Below, one piece after another: positions 34,416 to 47,525 of a DNA stretch of 64,000 nucleotides. A program made the position numbers and the translations under genes. Origin of the DNA: Squalus acanthias. Lineage: Eukaryota. Position 1 is the stretch's first letter, and the number at the start of each line of letters is the position of its first letter. The stretch lies in contig CM059432.1 in NCBI GenBank assembly GCA_030390025.1, forward strand, positions 43,960,001 to 44,024,000. Direction: 5' to 3'. The notes under the pieces were generated by a model. It saw nothing but the letters and a program-made list of their open reading frames with translations. It searched no databases and was not told the origin of the DNA.

Positions 34416-35559
34416 CTGGAAAATAGACAAAAGGTAAAAATTATATTATTTGCTCCTCCCACAATATATCACTGTTATTAGATTCCTTTTCTCTTTAAAA
34501 AGAATGAATGCTTCTCAACTACAATTAGTGACACTCAGTAATCGATTTGACAGGAGGCACAGAGGAGGTTCAATTTTAATTCTCCAGTTTCAGGGCTTAA
34601 ATGTTTTATTTGTGCCAAAAAAATTGTCTATGTACTTGAAGTGCAATTTTATTGAACTGCCTCAACCCGTCTCTCTGAATATTAATAGAAAAACAGATGG
34701 TGCTTCATGACAAGTTCTGATTCTAGTCATGCTATTGAGGGTGGCACTGAGCAAAAGTAAGACAGTTACCCAGGGGGGAAAAAAATCAGTGGGTAAGTCA
34801 ACCTAGGCCTCATAGCAGCTACAATAAAAAAAACAGCAGGCAACCTGGGAGCATGTTACATGCTTGCTTGTTCTTTCACCTAGGAAGTGCTAAAGTGGAA
34901 GGAAATTGAACTAGAAATGAAGGAAAAATAGAATAATTAGTAGGGGATTACTGCTAAATAACAATAACTTGCTTTTTATAGAGTTTTCCAATGCCTCAAG
35001 GTAAATTATTTTAGACTATGTCACAAAGCACAAATCAGTTGTGCTGTTAATACCATATCTCAATCTGGTATTTTTTTTAAAATGTGTAGTGATGCTCATA
35101 ACCAGCAGTAACCTGATTCTACTCATGGCTCAGGAAACCTCATATGTGCTACAACAGTTTCCAAGAAGTTGTGCACTAAACAATTATGAAAACTTACAAG
35201 ATTTATTTTGGCAAATTTGCTGGTTCTATGTTTAATTAGTTTTAATAAAGTAGAAGTGAGTAAAGCTTAAAACAAAGGTAAAATACCACTTTAATGAGCA
35301 GAAAGCAACCGCAGCAGCTGTTGTTCTGATGCATAAATAGACACAGCTGCTTTTGTGTTGGTATGATGGCCTAAAGCTTGATCCCAGTGATAAAGCCAAG
35401 GAACCCTAGATATAGAGCTGAGAAATGTGAAATTATAGTTGCCAGAGCTCAGAGGTAGAGAATAAAAGACCCAAGAGATCCCAGAGATAGAACTGGAAGG
35501 TAGAGGTAGGAGCCAGGAGATTCTGGGGATTGTGCCAGATATAGAAAAACTCAAAAACA

Positions 35560-36240
35560 GAAGATTACATAGAATTACATATAATTTACAGCACAGAAAC
35601 AGGCCATTCAGCCCAACTGGTCTGTGTCGGTGCTTATGCTCCACACGAGCCTCCTCCCATTCTACTTCATTTAACCCGATCAACATATCCTTCTAGTCCT
35701 TTCTCCTTCATGTACTTAACTATTTTCCCCTTAAATGCATCTATGCTATTCGCCTCAACCACTCCATGTGGTAGCAAGTTCCACATTCTAACAACTCTCT
35801 GGGTAAAGAAGTTTCTCCTGAATTCCTTATTGGATTTATTAGTGACTATCTTATAGTTATGGCCCCTAATTTTGGACTCTTCCACAAGTGGAAACATCTT
35901 ATCTAAGTCTACCCTATCAAATACCTTCATAATTTTAAAGACCTCTATTAGGTCACCCTTCAGCCTTCTCTTTTCTAGAGAAAAGAGCCCCAGCCTATTC
36001 AGTCTTTCCTGATAGTTATAACCTCTCAGTTCTGGTATCATCCTTGTAAATCTTTTATGCACCTTCTCCAGTGCCTCTATATTCTTTTTGTAATATGAAG
36101 ACTAGAACTGTACACAGTACTCCAAGTGTGGTTAACCAAGGTTCTATACAAGTTTAACATAACTTCCCTGCTTTTCAATTCTATTACTCTAGAAATGTAC
36201 CCCAGTGCTTTGTTTGCATTTTCTATGGCCTTGTTAACTT
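35560..36240 (-). mobile_element. CR1 LINE 3' fragment
   Basis: RFTRMIPELRG...GDLIEVFKIMK...FFTQRVVRMWN. Confidence 0.92.
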
Positions 36241-36399
36241 GTGAATACAACCTGAAGAATAATAAAGCAGTAAGGTACATAGACACCCAGTAATCATGGA
36301 GAAATTAAAAAAGGAAAATGTGTATTGAAATGAGAGATAGAAGATCAAAGAAAAAGAAACAGACTAAAAGGTAAAAATAGAAAGAGAAAAATATAATAG

Positions 36400-37075
36400 G
36401 GAATAACAGCAGCAACAACTTACGCTTATAAAGCACCTTTAATATGGTAAGATTGTCCAAGGCACTTTGCAGAAGAGAAACAGATGCCAAGCAGTAGGAG
36501 AGTTAGGAAAGATGACAGAAAGCATTGTCAGAAAGATAGATTTCAAGAAAGGCGGGGGAGAAGTAGCAAGCTGAAAGAGTTTTAACATGGAGTTCCAGAG
36601 AGGGGAGATCAGATGGTTTATGACTCTAGTATTGATGATAGGAGGGTGGAGGCCAGAGTCAAAGGACCAAAGGGCATGGGCTTGGGCGTATACCTCGACG
36701 AGGTTGCAGAGGTTGGGGGTGGGGGGTGGGGGGGGAGACAAGGCCATGAAAGGATTTGTAAACAGGGTTGAGAATTTTGAATTCAATGCAATTAGAGCTA
36801 GGTAGCCAATGGAGGCTACAAATACAGACATGATAGATGATCAAGACTTAGTGTTGGACATGATGCGGGTAGTTGATGTTTTGGACAAATTGAGTTTGTA
36901 TAGGGTGGAAATTGGAGAAATTAAGACTGGAGATAATGAAAGTGTGGATAAGGGTTTCAGCAGTAATGGGGTGAGGTAAGGCCATAGGCAGTCAGGATAG
37001 AATATAGATTTGAAATTTAGCTCAAATTCAAACAGAATACCTAAGGTGCAATGCAGAGGAAAGATGGGTATTGAT
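36400..37075 (-). mobile_element. Degraded L2 LINE 3' fragment
   Basis: SLHWLP...IEFKIL..VYKSFHGL..P motif typical of the L2 ORF2 C-terminus. Confidence 0.7.
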
Positions 37076-37224
37076 CCTTTTCTTCTGTTCTGTACTTGAA
37101 TAGCAGTGTAGTCAAACTTTCCCATATGGCTTTTCTGGTATCTGCACCTGACTACCTAAAGAGAGTGTAGCAATTTAAATTGCAACTGAACTTCAGAAGC
37201 CTTTGTACCCATATTTCCTCTTAA

Positions 37225-37670
37225 CTGTCAGCTTGGCTAATTGATAGATAGCACTCTCACCTCTGAGTCAGAAGGTCTTGGTTTCAAGCCCCACTCCATG
37301 ATTTGAGCACATAATCTAGGCTGACATTCCAGTGCAGTACTGAGGGAGAATGCACTGTCGAAGGTGCAAGCTTTGGAATGAGACATTAAAACTGCAACCC
37401 CCACCCCGCCCTGTTTGCCTGCTTAGGTGGACATAAAAGATCCTATGACACTATTTGAAGAACAGCAGGGGAGTTCTCCTGGTCAACAATCACATCTCAA
37501 CCAGCATCTCTAAAACAGATTACTTGTTCGTCTGACCTTGCTATGTGTGAACTGGTTGCTGTGGTTCGCTTACATAATAGTGATGACACTTTAAAAGTAA
37601 TTCATTGGCTGTAGAATGTTTTAGGGCATCCTGCGATCATGAAAGGCACTATAAAAGTGAAAGTTCTTCT
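37225..37670 (+). mobile_element. Deu-core tRNA SINE
   Basis: Homologous to 44331-44790. Confidence 0.85.
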
Positions 37671-37779
37671 TAATAATGTGGGTGCAATTCAGAGGCAGAC
37701 TCAGTAGTGCACCCCCACATACACCCGTTGTGTACCATTAATATTTAAATGAGGCCAGACAGTGCACTTATGAGAACCT

Positions 37780-38943
37780 CTACTTTTAAATTTTTTTTAC
37801 CATTTCTCTGCATTAAATCTACGCACTTACCTGCTGGCTCCGTAGGTCCTGAAACTTGCGATCCTGGGCCTCTCCGGGTCCGTGCGGGCAGAGGCCCAAG
37901 TATCCCAGGGGCGCATGCAATTCGCAAGCGCCCCTGGGATCACGTGGGCCATGGGGAACCAATCAAAGAAGAGAATCCCCTTCATACTTTTGACAGTTCT
38001 CTACGCACAGATCTGTCAAAAGTATGAATGGGGATCACTTAAAAAAGTTAAACATTAAATAATTTTTTTAAAATCACATTTAAAATTAATTAAAATTACA
38101 TTAAATTAAATATTTTAAACAAAAATTTAATTTTTTTTAAAAAATAATTAAAGGGCCGGATATTCCGACCCCCACAGGTGCGTACGAGGTGGGTACGCAC
38201 CCGTAGGGGCCTCACAAGTGCCGGTTTCAGGCATGCGAAGCGCATGCACTAAAACCCGGCACTTCCGATCAGATTATCCGCCTGCCTGGGAAAAGGGCCT
38301 CCACGGGCAGGGAGTTCCGCTTTCTGCACAACCTGCTTTTACCAGGCGTAAGATTTTTAAAGGTTTTCAGCGGGCGGAAGTTGTGCCCGCCCGCAGAAAA
38401 CACTTACAATTCTTGCGCCTGGTAAAAGCAGGCGTAAGGCCTGCTTTTACCAGGATAAGAGTTGAAAAAAGTAAAAGAAAAAATGTTTCCACTGATTTAT
38501 CATTTAAAAATACTTTAAAGAAAGGTAAGTTTATTTTTAGCCCCGTTAAAAACTTTAATTATTTTTTTCAAAAAATAATTTTTTTGTTTAAAATACTTAA
38601 TTTATGTAATTTCAAGTCATTTTAAAAATGTGATTTTTAAAAAAAAATTATTTAAAGTTTTACTATGTTTTGGGGGTGATCTCTATTCATATATTTGACA
38701 GGTCTTCCTGTCAAATGTATGAAGGGAGATTCCCTTCTCTGATTGGCTCCCCATGGCCCATGTGATCCCAGGGACGCTGTGAACCGCCTGCGCCTCTGGG
38801 ATACGTGGGCCCTGTGCACCGGCAGTTTGGAGAGGCCCAGCAACGGAATTCTGCGCCTCCCGGGAGCCCTCGGTCCAGGCGCAGAATTTTCCAGATCGCA
38901 GCCCTCCGCCCGCGGGAAGCCTGCAAACGGAATTTCTGGGCCA
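37780..38943. mobile_element. Two copies of the Harbinger-like MITE family: partial copy 37780-38150 and opposite-orientation full copy 38152-38943
   Basis: Share the cttcatac..tttgacag...ctgtcaaa hairpin with 14672-15370; the full copy also shares ctggtaaaagcagg...cctgcttttaccag. Confidence 0.75.
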
Positions 38944-40111
38944 TTATTTTTACTTACATTGCTCGTTTAGAAAAAAATCACAAACGTGTGCTGTTTCAGT
39001 TTGTAACATCAGCAGAATGGGCAGAGCGGGAGCAAATCTAATTAAGGCAGAGCTTGGGCTATGCTAATGACGTTTATGTAGCTCCACAATTGTACACTGA
39101 AATACACAGCAGACCAAATCATTTGCGAATCACAGTATTCCACAATTGGAGCTTCAGATAGGTTAGTTTCTCCCTCCTCCTAAATCAGATAATTTTACTG
39201 TTGCAGCCTGTGATTTGGCTACAAACTGCCACAGCTGCAATTACCCGTTTATGGTACTAAACAAATGAGAAAAAAAATCAAGCAGTTTAGTTCTTGTTTG
39301 CCACTATAAACATAGCAGTAGAGTTAACTTCAAGGCTACTCCAAGTCAAATTCAATTTTTATTAAACAGTACCCTGGGATTTTTCCTGATGATTTTGGGA
39401 TTAAATTCCATAACTTTGTCCATTGTTCTGTGAAAACTGTAAATGTATTTCATATACATTTCTTTATCTAGATTACATTTTTAAAGCTGAAAATACATAG
39501 CAAGATAGTGTGCAAGATGCATCTATTGGAGGTAGCCATCTAAGCCCTGAGATTCCACAGGGCTACCACTGCTCTCCTACCCTAACTTTGCTAGGAGACC
39601 AGCGGAAGCCCCAGAGAAATGCATAAATGGGCTTTTCTCTAGGGTTTCTGCCAGTTTCCTGCTGGATTTATGGCGGGGAACCAGTGCTCACAGAATTTCA
39701 GGCCCTGGTATTTAGCAGAATGGGGAGGAGAAATAGAGTTTAGCTGCACTTTTGGGTAGACCTGGAGAATGGTCTGGTGTTTAGCATAACTGGAGTGCCG
39801 CTTCTGGCATTTGACTGTATTGCAGTGGGTCTGTTGGAGTTTGCCGCACGGAACGATTCTTTAATCTGGCATCACTGGGAAGCGCAAACTTGATGTTCGG
39901 AATAACAAAAGTTGGAATGTGTGGTTTGGCCCAGTAGTGGATTCTTCGTGTCCTTCAGCAGTGAGGGCAGTGGCAGGGCATGGGCTTCACAGCACTGCAT
40001 GGGGGGAAATCCCATGTCTGGGAGCAATGGTTGGGGACTTTCTGAAAATATTGAATCTGATGTCTTGTGATGGTTCCTGCATACATATCTCATATCTCTC
40101 TCGCTCTCATA

Positions 40112-40492
40112 AAGAAAGAAAAGACTTACATTTATATAGCGCCTTTCATGACCACCGGACGTCTCAAAGTGCTTTTGGAGTGTAGTCACTGTTGAAATGT
40201 GGGAAATGCGGCAGCCAATTTGCGCACAGCAAGCTCCCCCAAACAGCAATATGATAATGACCAGGTAAAATGTTTTTTGTTATGTTGATTGAGGGATAAA
40301 TATTGGCCAGGACACCGGGGATAACTCCCCTGCTCTTCTTCAAAACAGTGCCATGGGATCTTTTACGTCCACCTGAGAGAGCAGACGGGGTCTCGGTTTA
40401 ACGTCTCATCCGAAAGACGGCACCTCTGACAGTGCAGCACTCCCTCAGCACTGCACTGGAGTGTCAGCCTAGATTTATGTGCTCAAGTCCCT
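40112..40492 (-). mobile_element. Deu-core SINE (young, head truncated)
   Basis: Reverse-complement match to 44405-44780. Confidence 0.9.
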
Positions 40493-42435
40493 GTAACACA
40501 CAGCTGTAAGAAGATCTAAACATTCTAATTACTAACTATTTACAAACCGCAGGTGATAATTAGAGCTTTCAAAATACAACTCATTTGTTTTTGTTTGAAA
40601 AAATGAAGTCAAATCATTAGGAAAGATACCAGGGAGAACTTTCAACTTCAGCAGGAGTGGAAAACTTGTGGTATCGATCAACTCCCCATTATACATCCCG
40701 GTCGATTTTCCTTTCCATTGACTTACTTAAGAACATAACATAAGAAATAGGAGCAGGAGTAGGCCATTTGGCCCTTCGAGCCTACTCCACCATTCAATAA
40801 GATCTTGGTTGTTCTTCTACCTCAACTCCACTTTCCTGAACTATCCCCATATCCCTTGATTCCCTTAATATTCAAAAATCTATCGATCTCTGTCTTGAAT
40901 ATACTCAACGACTAAGCCTCCACAGCCCTCTGGGGTAGAGAATTCCAAAGATTCACCACCCTCTGAGTGAAGAAATTTCTCCTCATCTCAGTCCGAAATG
41001 GCCGACCCCTTATTCTGAGACTGTGACCCCTGGTTCTAGACTCCCCAGCCAGGGGAAACATCCTCCCTGCATCTACCCTGTCAAGCCCTGTAAGAATTTT
41101 GTATGTTTGAATGAGATCACCTCTCATTCTTCTAAACTCCAGAGAATATAGGCCTAGTCTACTCAATCTCTCCTCAAAGGACAATACCCCCATCCCAGGA
41201 ACCAGTCTGGTGAACCTTCGTTGCACTCCCTCTATGGCAAGTATATCCTTCCTTAGGTAAGGAGACCAAAACTGCACACAATACTCCAGGTGTGGTCTCA
41301 CCAGGGCCCTATATAATTGCATTAAGACGTCTTTACTCTTATACTCAAATCCACTTGTAATAAAGGCCAACATACCATTTGCTTTCCTAATTGCTTGCTG
41401 TACCTGCAGGTTAACTTTCAGTGATTTGTGTACAAGGACACCCAGGTCCCTCTGAACACCAACATTTCCCAATCTCTCACCATTTAAAAAATGCTCTGCT
41501 TTTCTATTTTTCCTACCAAAGTGGATAACTTCACATTTCTCCACATTATATTCCATTTGCCATGTTCTTGCCCACTCACTTAGCCTGTCTATATCCCCTT
41601 GAAGCCTTCGTGCATCCTCCTCACAAGTTACATTCCCACCCAGCTTTGTATCATTAGCAAACTTGGATATATTACATTTGGTCCCCTCATCCAAATCATT
41701 GATGTAGATTGTGAATAGCTGAGGCCCAAGCACTGATCCTTGCGGTACCCCACTTGTTACAGCCTGCCAACCCGAAAATGACCCATTTATTCCTAATCTC
41801 TATTTTCTGTCTGTTAACCAATCCTCAATCCATGCTAGTATATTACTCCCAATCCCATGAGCCCTAATTTTGTTTCATAACCTCTTGTGTGGCACCTTAT
41901 CGAATGCCTTCCGAAAATCCAAATACACCACATCCACTGGTTCCCCCTCATCTATTCTGCTTGTTACAACCTCAAAAATCAGATTTGTCAAACACGATTT
42001 CCCTTTCATAAATCCGTGCTGACTGCCCAATCCTATTATTATTTTCTAAGCATCCTTAATAATAGATTCTAGCATTTGTCCTACTACTGATGTCAGGCTA
42101 ACTGGTCTGTAGTTCCCCATTTTCTCTCTGCCTCCTTTCATAAATAGTGGGGCTACATTTGCTACCTTCCAATCCTTGGGGAATGTTCTAGAATCTAGGG
42201 AATTCTGGAAGATTAATATCAGTGCATCCACTATCTCTATAGCCACCTCTTTCAAAACCCTAGGATGTAGGCCATCAGGTCCAGGCGATTTATCGACTTT
42301 CAGTCCCATTAATTTCTCCAGTACTATTTTTTTACTAATACTAATTTCTTTGAGATCCTCATTCTTGCTAGACCCTTGGTTCTCCACTATTTCCGTGAAG
42401 TTTTTTGCGTCTTCTTCCGTGAAGACAGACACAAA

Positions 42436-43081
42436 GGGCTGGATTTTGATACTGGGGCGGGTTGGGGTCATGTTATCCACTTTTCGTGTTATCCACCCGA
42501 CTGCAATTGGATGTGGGAGATTGATGCGATTTTCACCTAATTGGGCAATTGAGTTCCAGCATGTGGGAACCCATGACCCAATTAGTGTTTTCAGTCTGAA
42601 AGTCGCCTCTGATGATGTCATCATTGCTGCTGCCTTCAAGGTCTGCAAAGACTGCCTGGCCTTTGCTGTGAGAGGACCTGGAGGCAAAATGAGCAGCAGC
42701 AGCCCTAAGTCTGCTCCCAGATATTTTACTGCTGCCGCCGCCGTCGTAATAGTGAACCTGCAGCTGATAGTCAGCTATCCAAATGTGCTCCCGCCAGGTT
42801 TCACATTCGTGGTTCAGAACAGGCGGCTTCACGTAGAAAAAGGGTTAAAATCACAAAGGCGTTTCAAAATGGCATTAGAGGCAATTTAGTGCTTGTTAAG
42901 GGCCTTAATAGCCTATCCTGCCTCTTAGAGGCGGGACAGAGTCGGGACCAGCAGACACGATTTAATGAAAATTGCATGGAGGCGGGATGGAGGCGGGCTT
43001 GTGCCCGCCTGCCAGTTTTCGCAATTTTAACCCCCCACACGCCTCCAAACCCACCTAAACGGGTCAATGAAAATTCTGCCC
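42436..43081. mobile_element. Harbinger-type non-autonomous element inserted in CR1 ORF2
   Basis: TIRs GGGCTGGATTTT / AAAATTCTGCCC with a 3-bp AAA TSD; removing it restores the CR1 sequence gacacaaagtatttg. Confidence 0.88.
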
Positions 43082-44330
43082 AAAGTATTTGTTTAATTTC
43101 TCTACCATTTCCTTATTCCCCATTATAATTTCTCCTGTCTCAGCCTGTAAGGGACCCACATTTACTTTCACTAATCTTTTCCTTTTTACATACATATAGA
43201 AGCTTTTACAATCTGTTTTTATGTCTCTCGATAGTTTACTCTCATATTCTATTTTCCCTTTCTTTATCAATTTCTTGGTCCTCCTTTGCTGAATTCTAAA
43301 ATCCTCCCAATCCTCAGGCTTACTACTCTTTTTGGCAACATGATAAGCCTCTTCCTTTGATCTAATACTATCTTTAACTTCTCTTGTTAGCCACGGTTGG
43401 ACCACTTTCCTGTGGGGTTTTTGTGCCTTAAAGGAATGTATATTTGTTGTAAATTATTAATTATTAATTCTTTAAATGCTAGCCATTGCTTCTTTACCAT
43501 CATACCTTATAATGTAGTTTCCCAATCTATCAGCCAACTCGCCCCTCATACCTACGTAGTTTACTTTGTTTAGATTTAAGACCCTAGTTTCAGATTTAAC
43601 TAAATCACTTTCAAACTCATTATAAAATTCTATCATATTATGGTCACTCTTCCCTAAAGGCCCCTTTACTGCAAGGTTATTAATTAACCCTTTCTCTTTG
43701 CACAATACTAGATCTCAAATAGACTGTTCCCTAGTTGGCTCCTCAACATACTGATCTAGAAAACTATCTTGCATACTTTCCATGAATTTGTCCACCACAC
43801 TATTACTGGAAATTTGGTTTGCCTAGTCTATATGTAGATTAAAGTCCCCCATGATTACTGTATTACCCTTGTTACATGCGTTGCTAATTACCTGATTTAT
43901 ACCCTGCCTACATTACAACTACTGTTTGGGGGCTAAAAACAACACCCACCAATGTTTTCTGCCCCTTGCTGTTTCTTAGCTGATTCTACTTTTTGATTTT
44001 CCGAGCTAAGATCCTTTCTCTTTACTGTCTTTATCCCATGCTTTATTATCAGGGCTACCCCTCCTCCTTTTCCATTTTGCCTATCTCTTCTAAAAGTGAA
44101 GTATCCTGGAATATTTAGTTCCCAACCTTGGCCACTTTGCAACCACGTCTCCGTTATGGCTATTAGATCAAACCTGTTCATTTCTATCTGCGCTATTAAT
44201 TCATCTATTTTGTTGCGAATGCTTCACGCATTCAGATATAGTGCCTTTAGCTTTGACTTATTTCTATTTTTCCCTGATGTCACCTTAGTCACTGATGCCT
44301 TATTACCTTTTTTACTCTCTCTGTACCTTA

Positions 44331-44790
44331 CTGTCAGCTGTGGCTCAATAGGTAGCACACTCGCCTCCGAGTCAGAAGGTTGTGGGTTCAAGTCCCACTC
44401 CAGGGACTTGAGCACATAAAGCTAGGCTGACACTCCAGTGCAGTGCTGAGGGAGTGCTGCACTGTCGGAGGTGCTGTCTTTCGGATGAGATGTTAAACCG
44501 AAGCCCCATCTGCTCTCTCAGGTGGACGTAAAAGATCCCATGGCACTACTTCGAAGAAGAGCAGGTGAGTTATCCCCGGTGTCCTGGCCAATATTTACCC
44601 CTCAACCAACATAACAAAAACAGATTATCTGGTCATTATCACATTGCTGTTTGTGGGACCTTGCTGTGTGCAAATTAGCTGCCGCGTTTCCCACATTACA
44701 ACAGTGACTTCACTTCATTGGCTGTAAAGCGCTTTGAGACGTTCTGGTGATCGTGAAAGGCGCTATATAAATGCTTTCTTTTTTCTTTTT
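44331..44790 (+). mobile_element. Full-length Deu-core tRNA SINE inserted in CR1
   Basis: A box tggctcaatagg, B box ggttcaagtccc, Deu core, T-rich tail. Confidence 0.92.
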
Positions 44791-47525
44791 CCTGACCCAC
44801 TCTGCTTATTTTTACCCAAAACTCTACTCTGCTCTTGACATTTCTCTCGTTGCTTTTAAATTTACTCTTTCCTGAATCCTCCCACCCGCTTCTTCGTTAG
44901 TTTACAGCCCTGTCTACTGCCCACTTATTCGATTCGCCAGGACACCAGTCCCAGCCCCGGTTTAAGTGGAGCCCGTTCCAACGGAACAGCTCCCTCTTTC
45001 CCCAGTACTGGTGCCAGTGCCCCATGAACTGAAACCCCTTCCTCCCACACTACTCTTTGAGCCACGCATTTAAACCTCTAATCTGTTTGTCCCTATGCCA
45101 ATTTGCGTGTGGTTCAGGTAACAATCTTGAGATTATTACCTTTGAGGTTCTGCCTTTTAATTTGGATTCTAGCTCCTCAAACTCCCTCAGCTGAACCTCA
45201 TTCCTAGTTCTCCCTATGTCGTTGGTTCCTACGTGGACCACGACAACTGGATCTTCCTCCTCCCACTCCAAGTTCTTCTCCAGCCGGGAGGCAACACAAC
45301 TTTCGGAACTCTCGATCGCAGCTGCAGAGAACAGTATCTATCCCCCTGACGATACTGTCCCCTACCACAACTACATTCCCTTTCACTCCCCCCACCTCTT
45401 GCACCGTGGTGCCATGGTCTTCTTGCTCATCCATCTTGCAGGCTTTTCCCTCATCCACACAGGCAGCAAGAACCTCATACCTGTTGGACAAGGGTAAAGG
45501 CTGAGGCTCCTCCAGCACTGCACCTTGCGTCCCTTTACCTGCCTGAGTTGCAGTCACACCCTCCTGTCCCAGACCTGTACCACTACCTAACCTAAGGGGT
45601 GTGACTGCCTCTGGATCAAAGTGTCAAGGTAACTCTCCCCATCCCTGACGCCCCGCAATGTCTGCACCTCAGACTCCAGCTCAAAAACTCTGAGCTGAAG
45701 TTCCTCAAGATGCAGGCACTTACTGCAAATGTGGTTGTCTGGGATCACAATGCTCTCCACAAACTCCCACATGCTGCAGTTGAGGCACACCACCTGCACT
45801 GCCATCCCTATATGACCTTGTTATATTTAATTAAATTTAATTAAATTTGTAATGAGGTAACTTAGTTTGCAGTGTAGTTTCTTGACTACTTACTTGATCT
45901 AGCTTAAGTTAAGGGTACTGAAATTAAATATCTACCTGTAACACAAAGCACTACAAGTAGTGTAGGCAAAAAGCAGCAACTCCTTCCCCCCTCTTCTCCA
46001 AATTCCCACTCTTTCCAAATTCCCAAATAAAACACACTGTTCAAGTCCACTTCGTTTAATCCCGATCTGTGCAGACCGCCTTGCTGCTTGTCTAGCCAGG
46101 TCAATCCTTTCCATTATGGCACTGATTTGCAGAGATACCTGAAGCCAATTGGGCAGTGACAGGTGTATCCATTCAGGTTCCATTAGTGAGCCAGTCTATC
46201 TAGTCAATTTTCAACAGTGCCCTGGAGTACTTCAGACGTTTCTAGTTCAGGTATTGAATTACTAAGTTTGCCACAGAAGCTTTACTTGATTCCTAATTTC
46301 CACTCCCAAGCAAGTCATCTTGGAGTCACTTTGACCCATATACCCCCACCCCCCCACCACCCCAAGGAGGATAGCGATTTGTTGGTGTGAGAAATTAATT
46401 TAGTGCCTTTTTCCGACATGGTTTGGGAAAATAGCTAAGTTGGAGAACAAAGGCTGCTGGGTTTGTTCATGGCTAAAAAACTGCTGGTACAGCAGTTCGA
46501 AACTGTCAACCCAGCAGCTTACACAAGAAGATAGGGATGTCTGATGTGTTATTAGTTCAAGGTCTGCTCTTTGTACATCTTGTGACTGCCAGGCTTGTGG
46601 TTGTAAGGATCCATACCTCCAGACCCAGTAAAATGGTACTGAAGTAAGATTGAGGTGGGGGGGGTGGGAGGGTGAGTAATTGTGCAAAACATACATTAAA
46701 ACCCAATGTAAGGACAGCTAAGGACCCCAGTCAGGCAGAGAACTTGCGGCGATTCATGACAACAGAACCAAGGGATACTGACAAACTAAGTGAGTGGGCA
46801 AGAACATGGCAAATGGAATATAACGTGGAGAAATGTGAAGTTATCCACTTTGGTAGGAAAAATAGAAAAGCAGAGTATTTTTTAAATGGTGAGAGATTGG
46901 GAAATGTTGGTGTTCAGAGGGACCTGGGTGTCCTTGTACACGAATCACTGAAAGTTAACATGCAGGTACAGCAAGCAATTAGGAAAGCAAATGGTATGTT
47001 GGCCTTTATTACAAGAGGATTTGAGTATAAGAGTAAAGACGTCTTATTGCAATTATATAGGGCCCTGGTGAGACCACACCTGGAGTATTGTGTACAGTTT
47101 TGGTCTCCTTACCTAAGGAAGGATATACTTGCCATAGAGGGAGTGCAACGAAGGTTCACCAGACTGGTTCCTGGGATGGGGGGATTGACCTATGAGGAGA
47201 GATTGAGTAGACTAGGCCTATATTCCCTAGAGTTTAGAAGAATGAGAGGTGATCTAATTGAAACATATAAAATTCTTAAGGGGCTTGACAGGGTTAATGC
47301 TGAGAAAATGTTTCCCCTGGTTGGGGAATCTAGAACGTGGGGTCACAGTCTCAGAATAAGGGGTCGGCCATTTAGGACTGAGATGAGGAGAAATTTCTTC
47401 ACTCAGAGTGGTGAATCTTTGGAATTCTGTACCCCAGAGGGCTGTGGAGGCTCAGTCGTTGAGTATATTCAAGATAGAGAGCGATAGATTTTTGAATATT
47501 AAGGAAATCAAGGGATATGGGGAAT

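Larger units (their letters stand above)
40727..45900 (-). mobile_element. Near full-length CR1 LINE (ORF1 zinc finger/leucine zipper plus SGNH esterase; ORF2 APE plus RT), disrupted, with a MITE and a SINE inserted
   Basis: CLNCSMWEF...CSKC...LQLRVFELE; VVGDSIVRG and VHVGTNDIG; IAITETWL; SDHN; RT motifs. Confidence 0.93.

Noticed and set aside
42176..42889. 237-aa + strand ORF and similar antisense ORFs over LINEs
   Set aside because: Antisense shadows of CR1 ORF2 running into an inserted MITE; no independent coding evidence.
44331..44410. tRNA genes at the SINE heads (also 12480, 37230, 53450, 55540)
   Set aside because: They run directly into the Deu SINE core and lack an intact cloverleaf and terminator.
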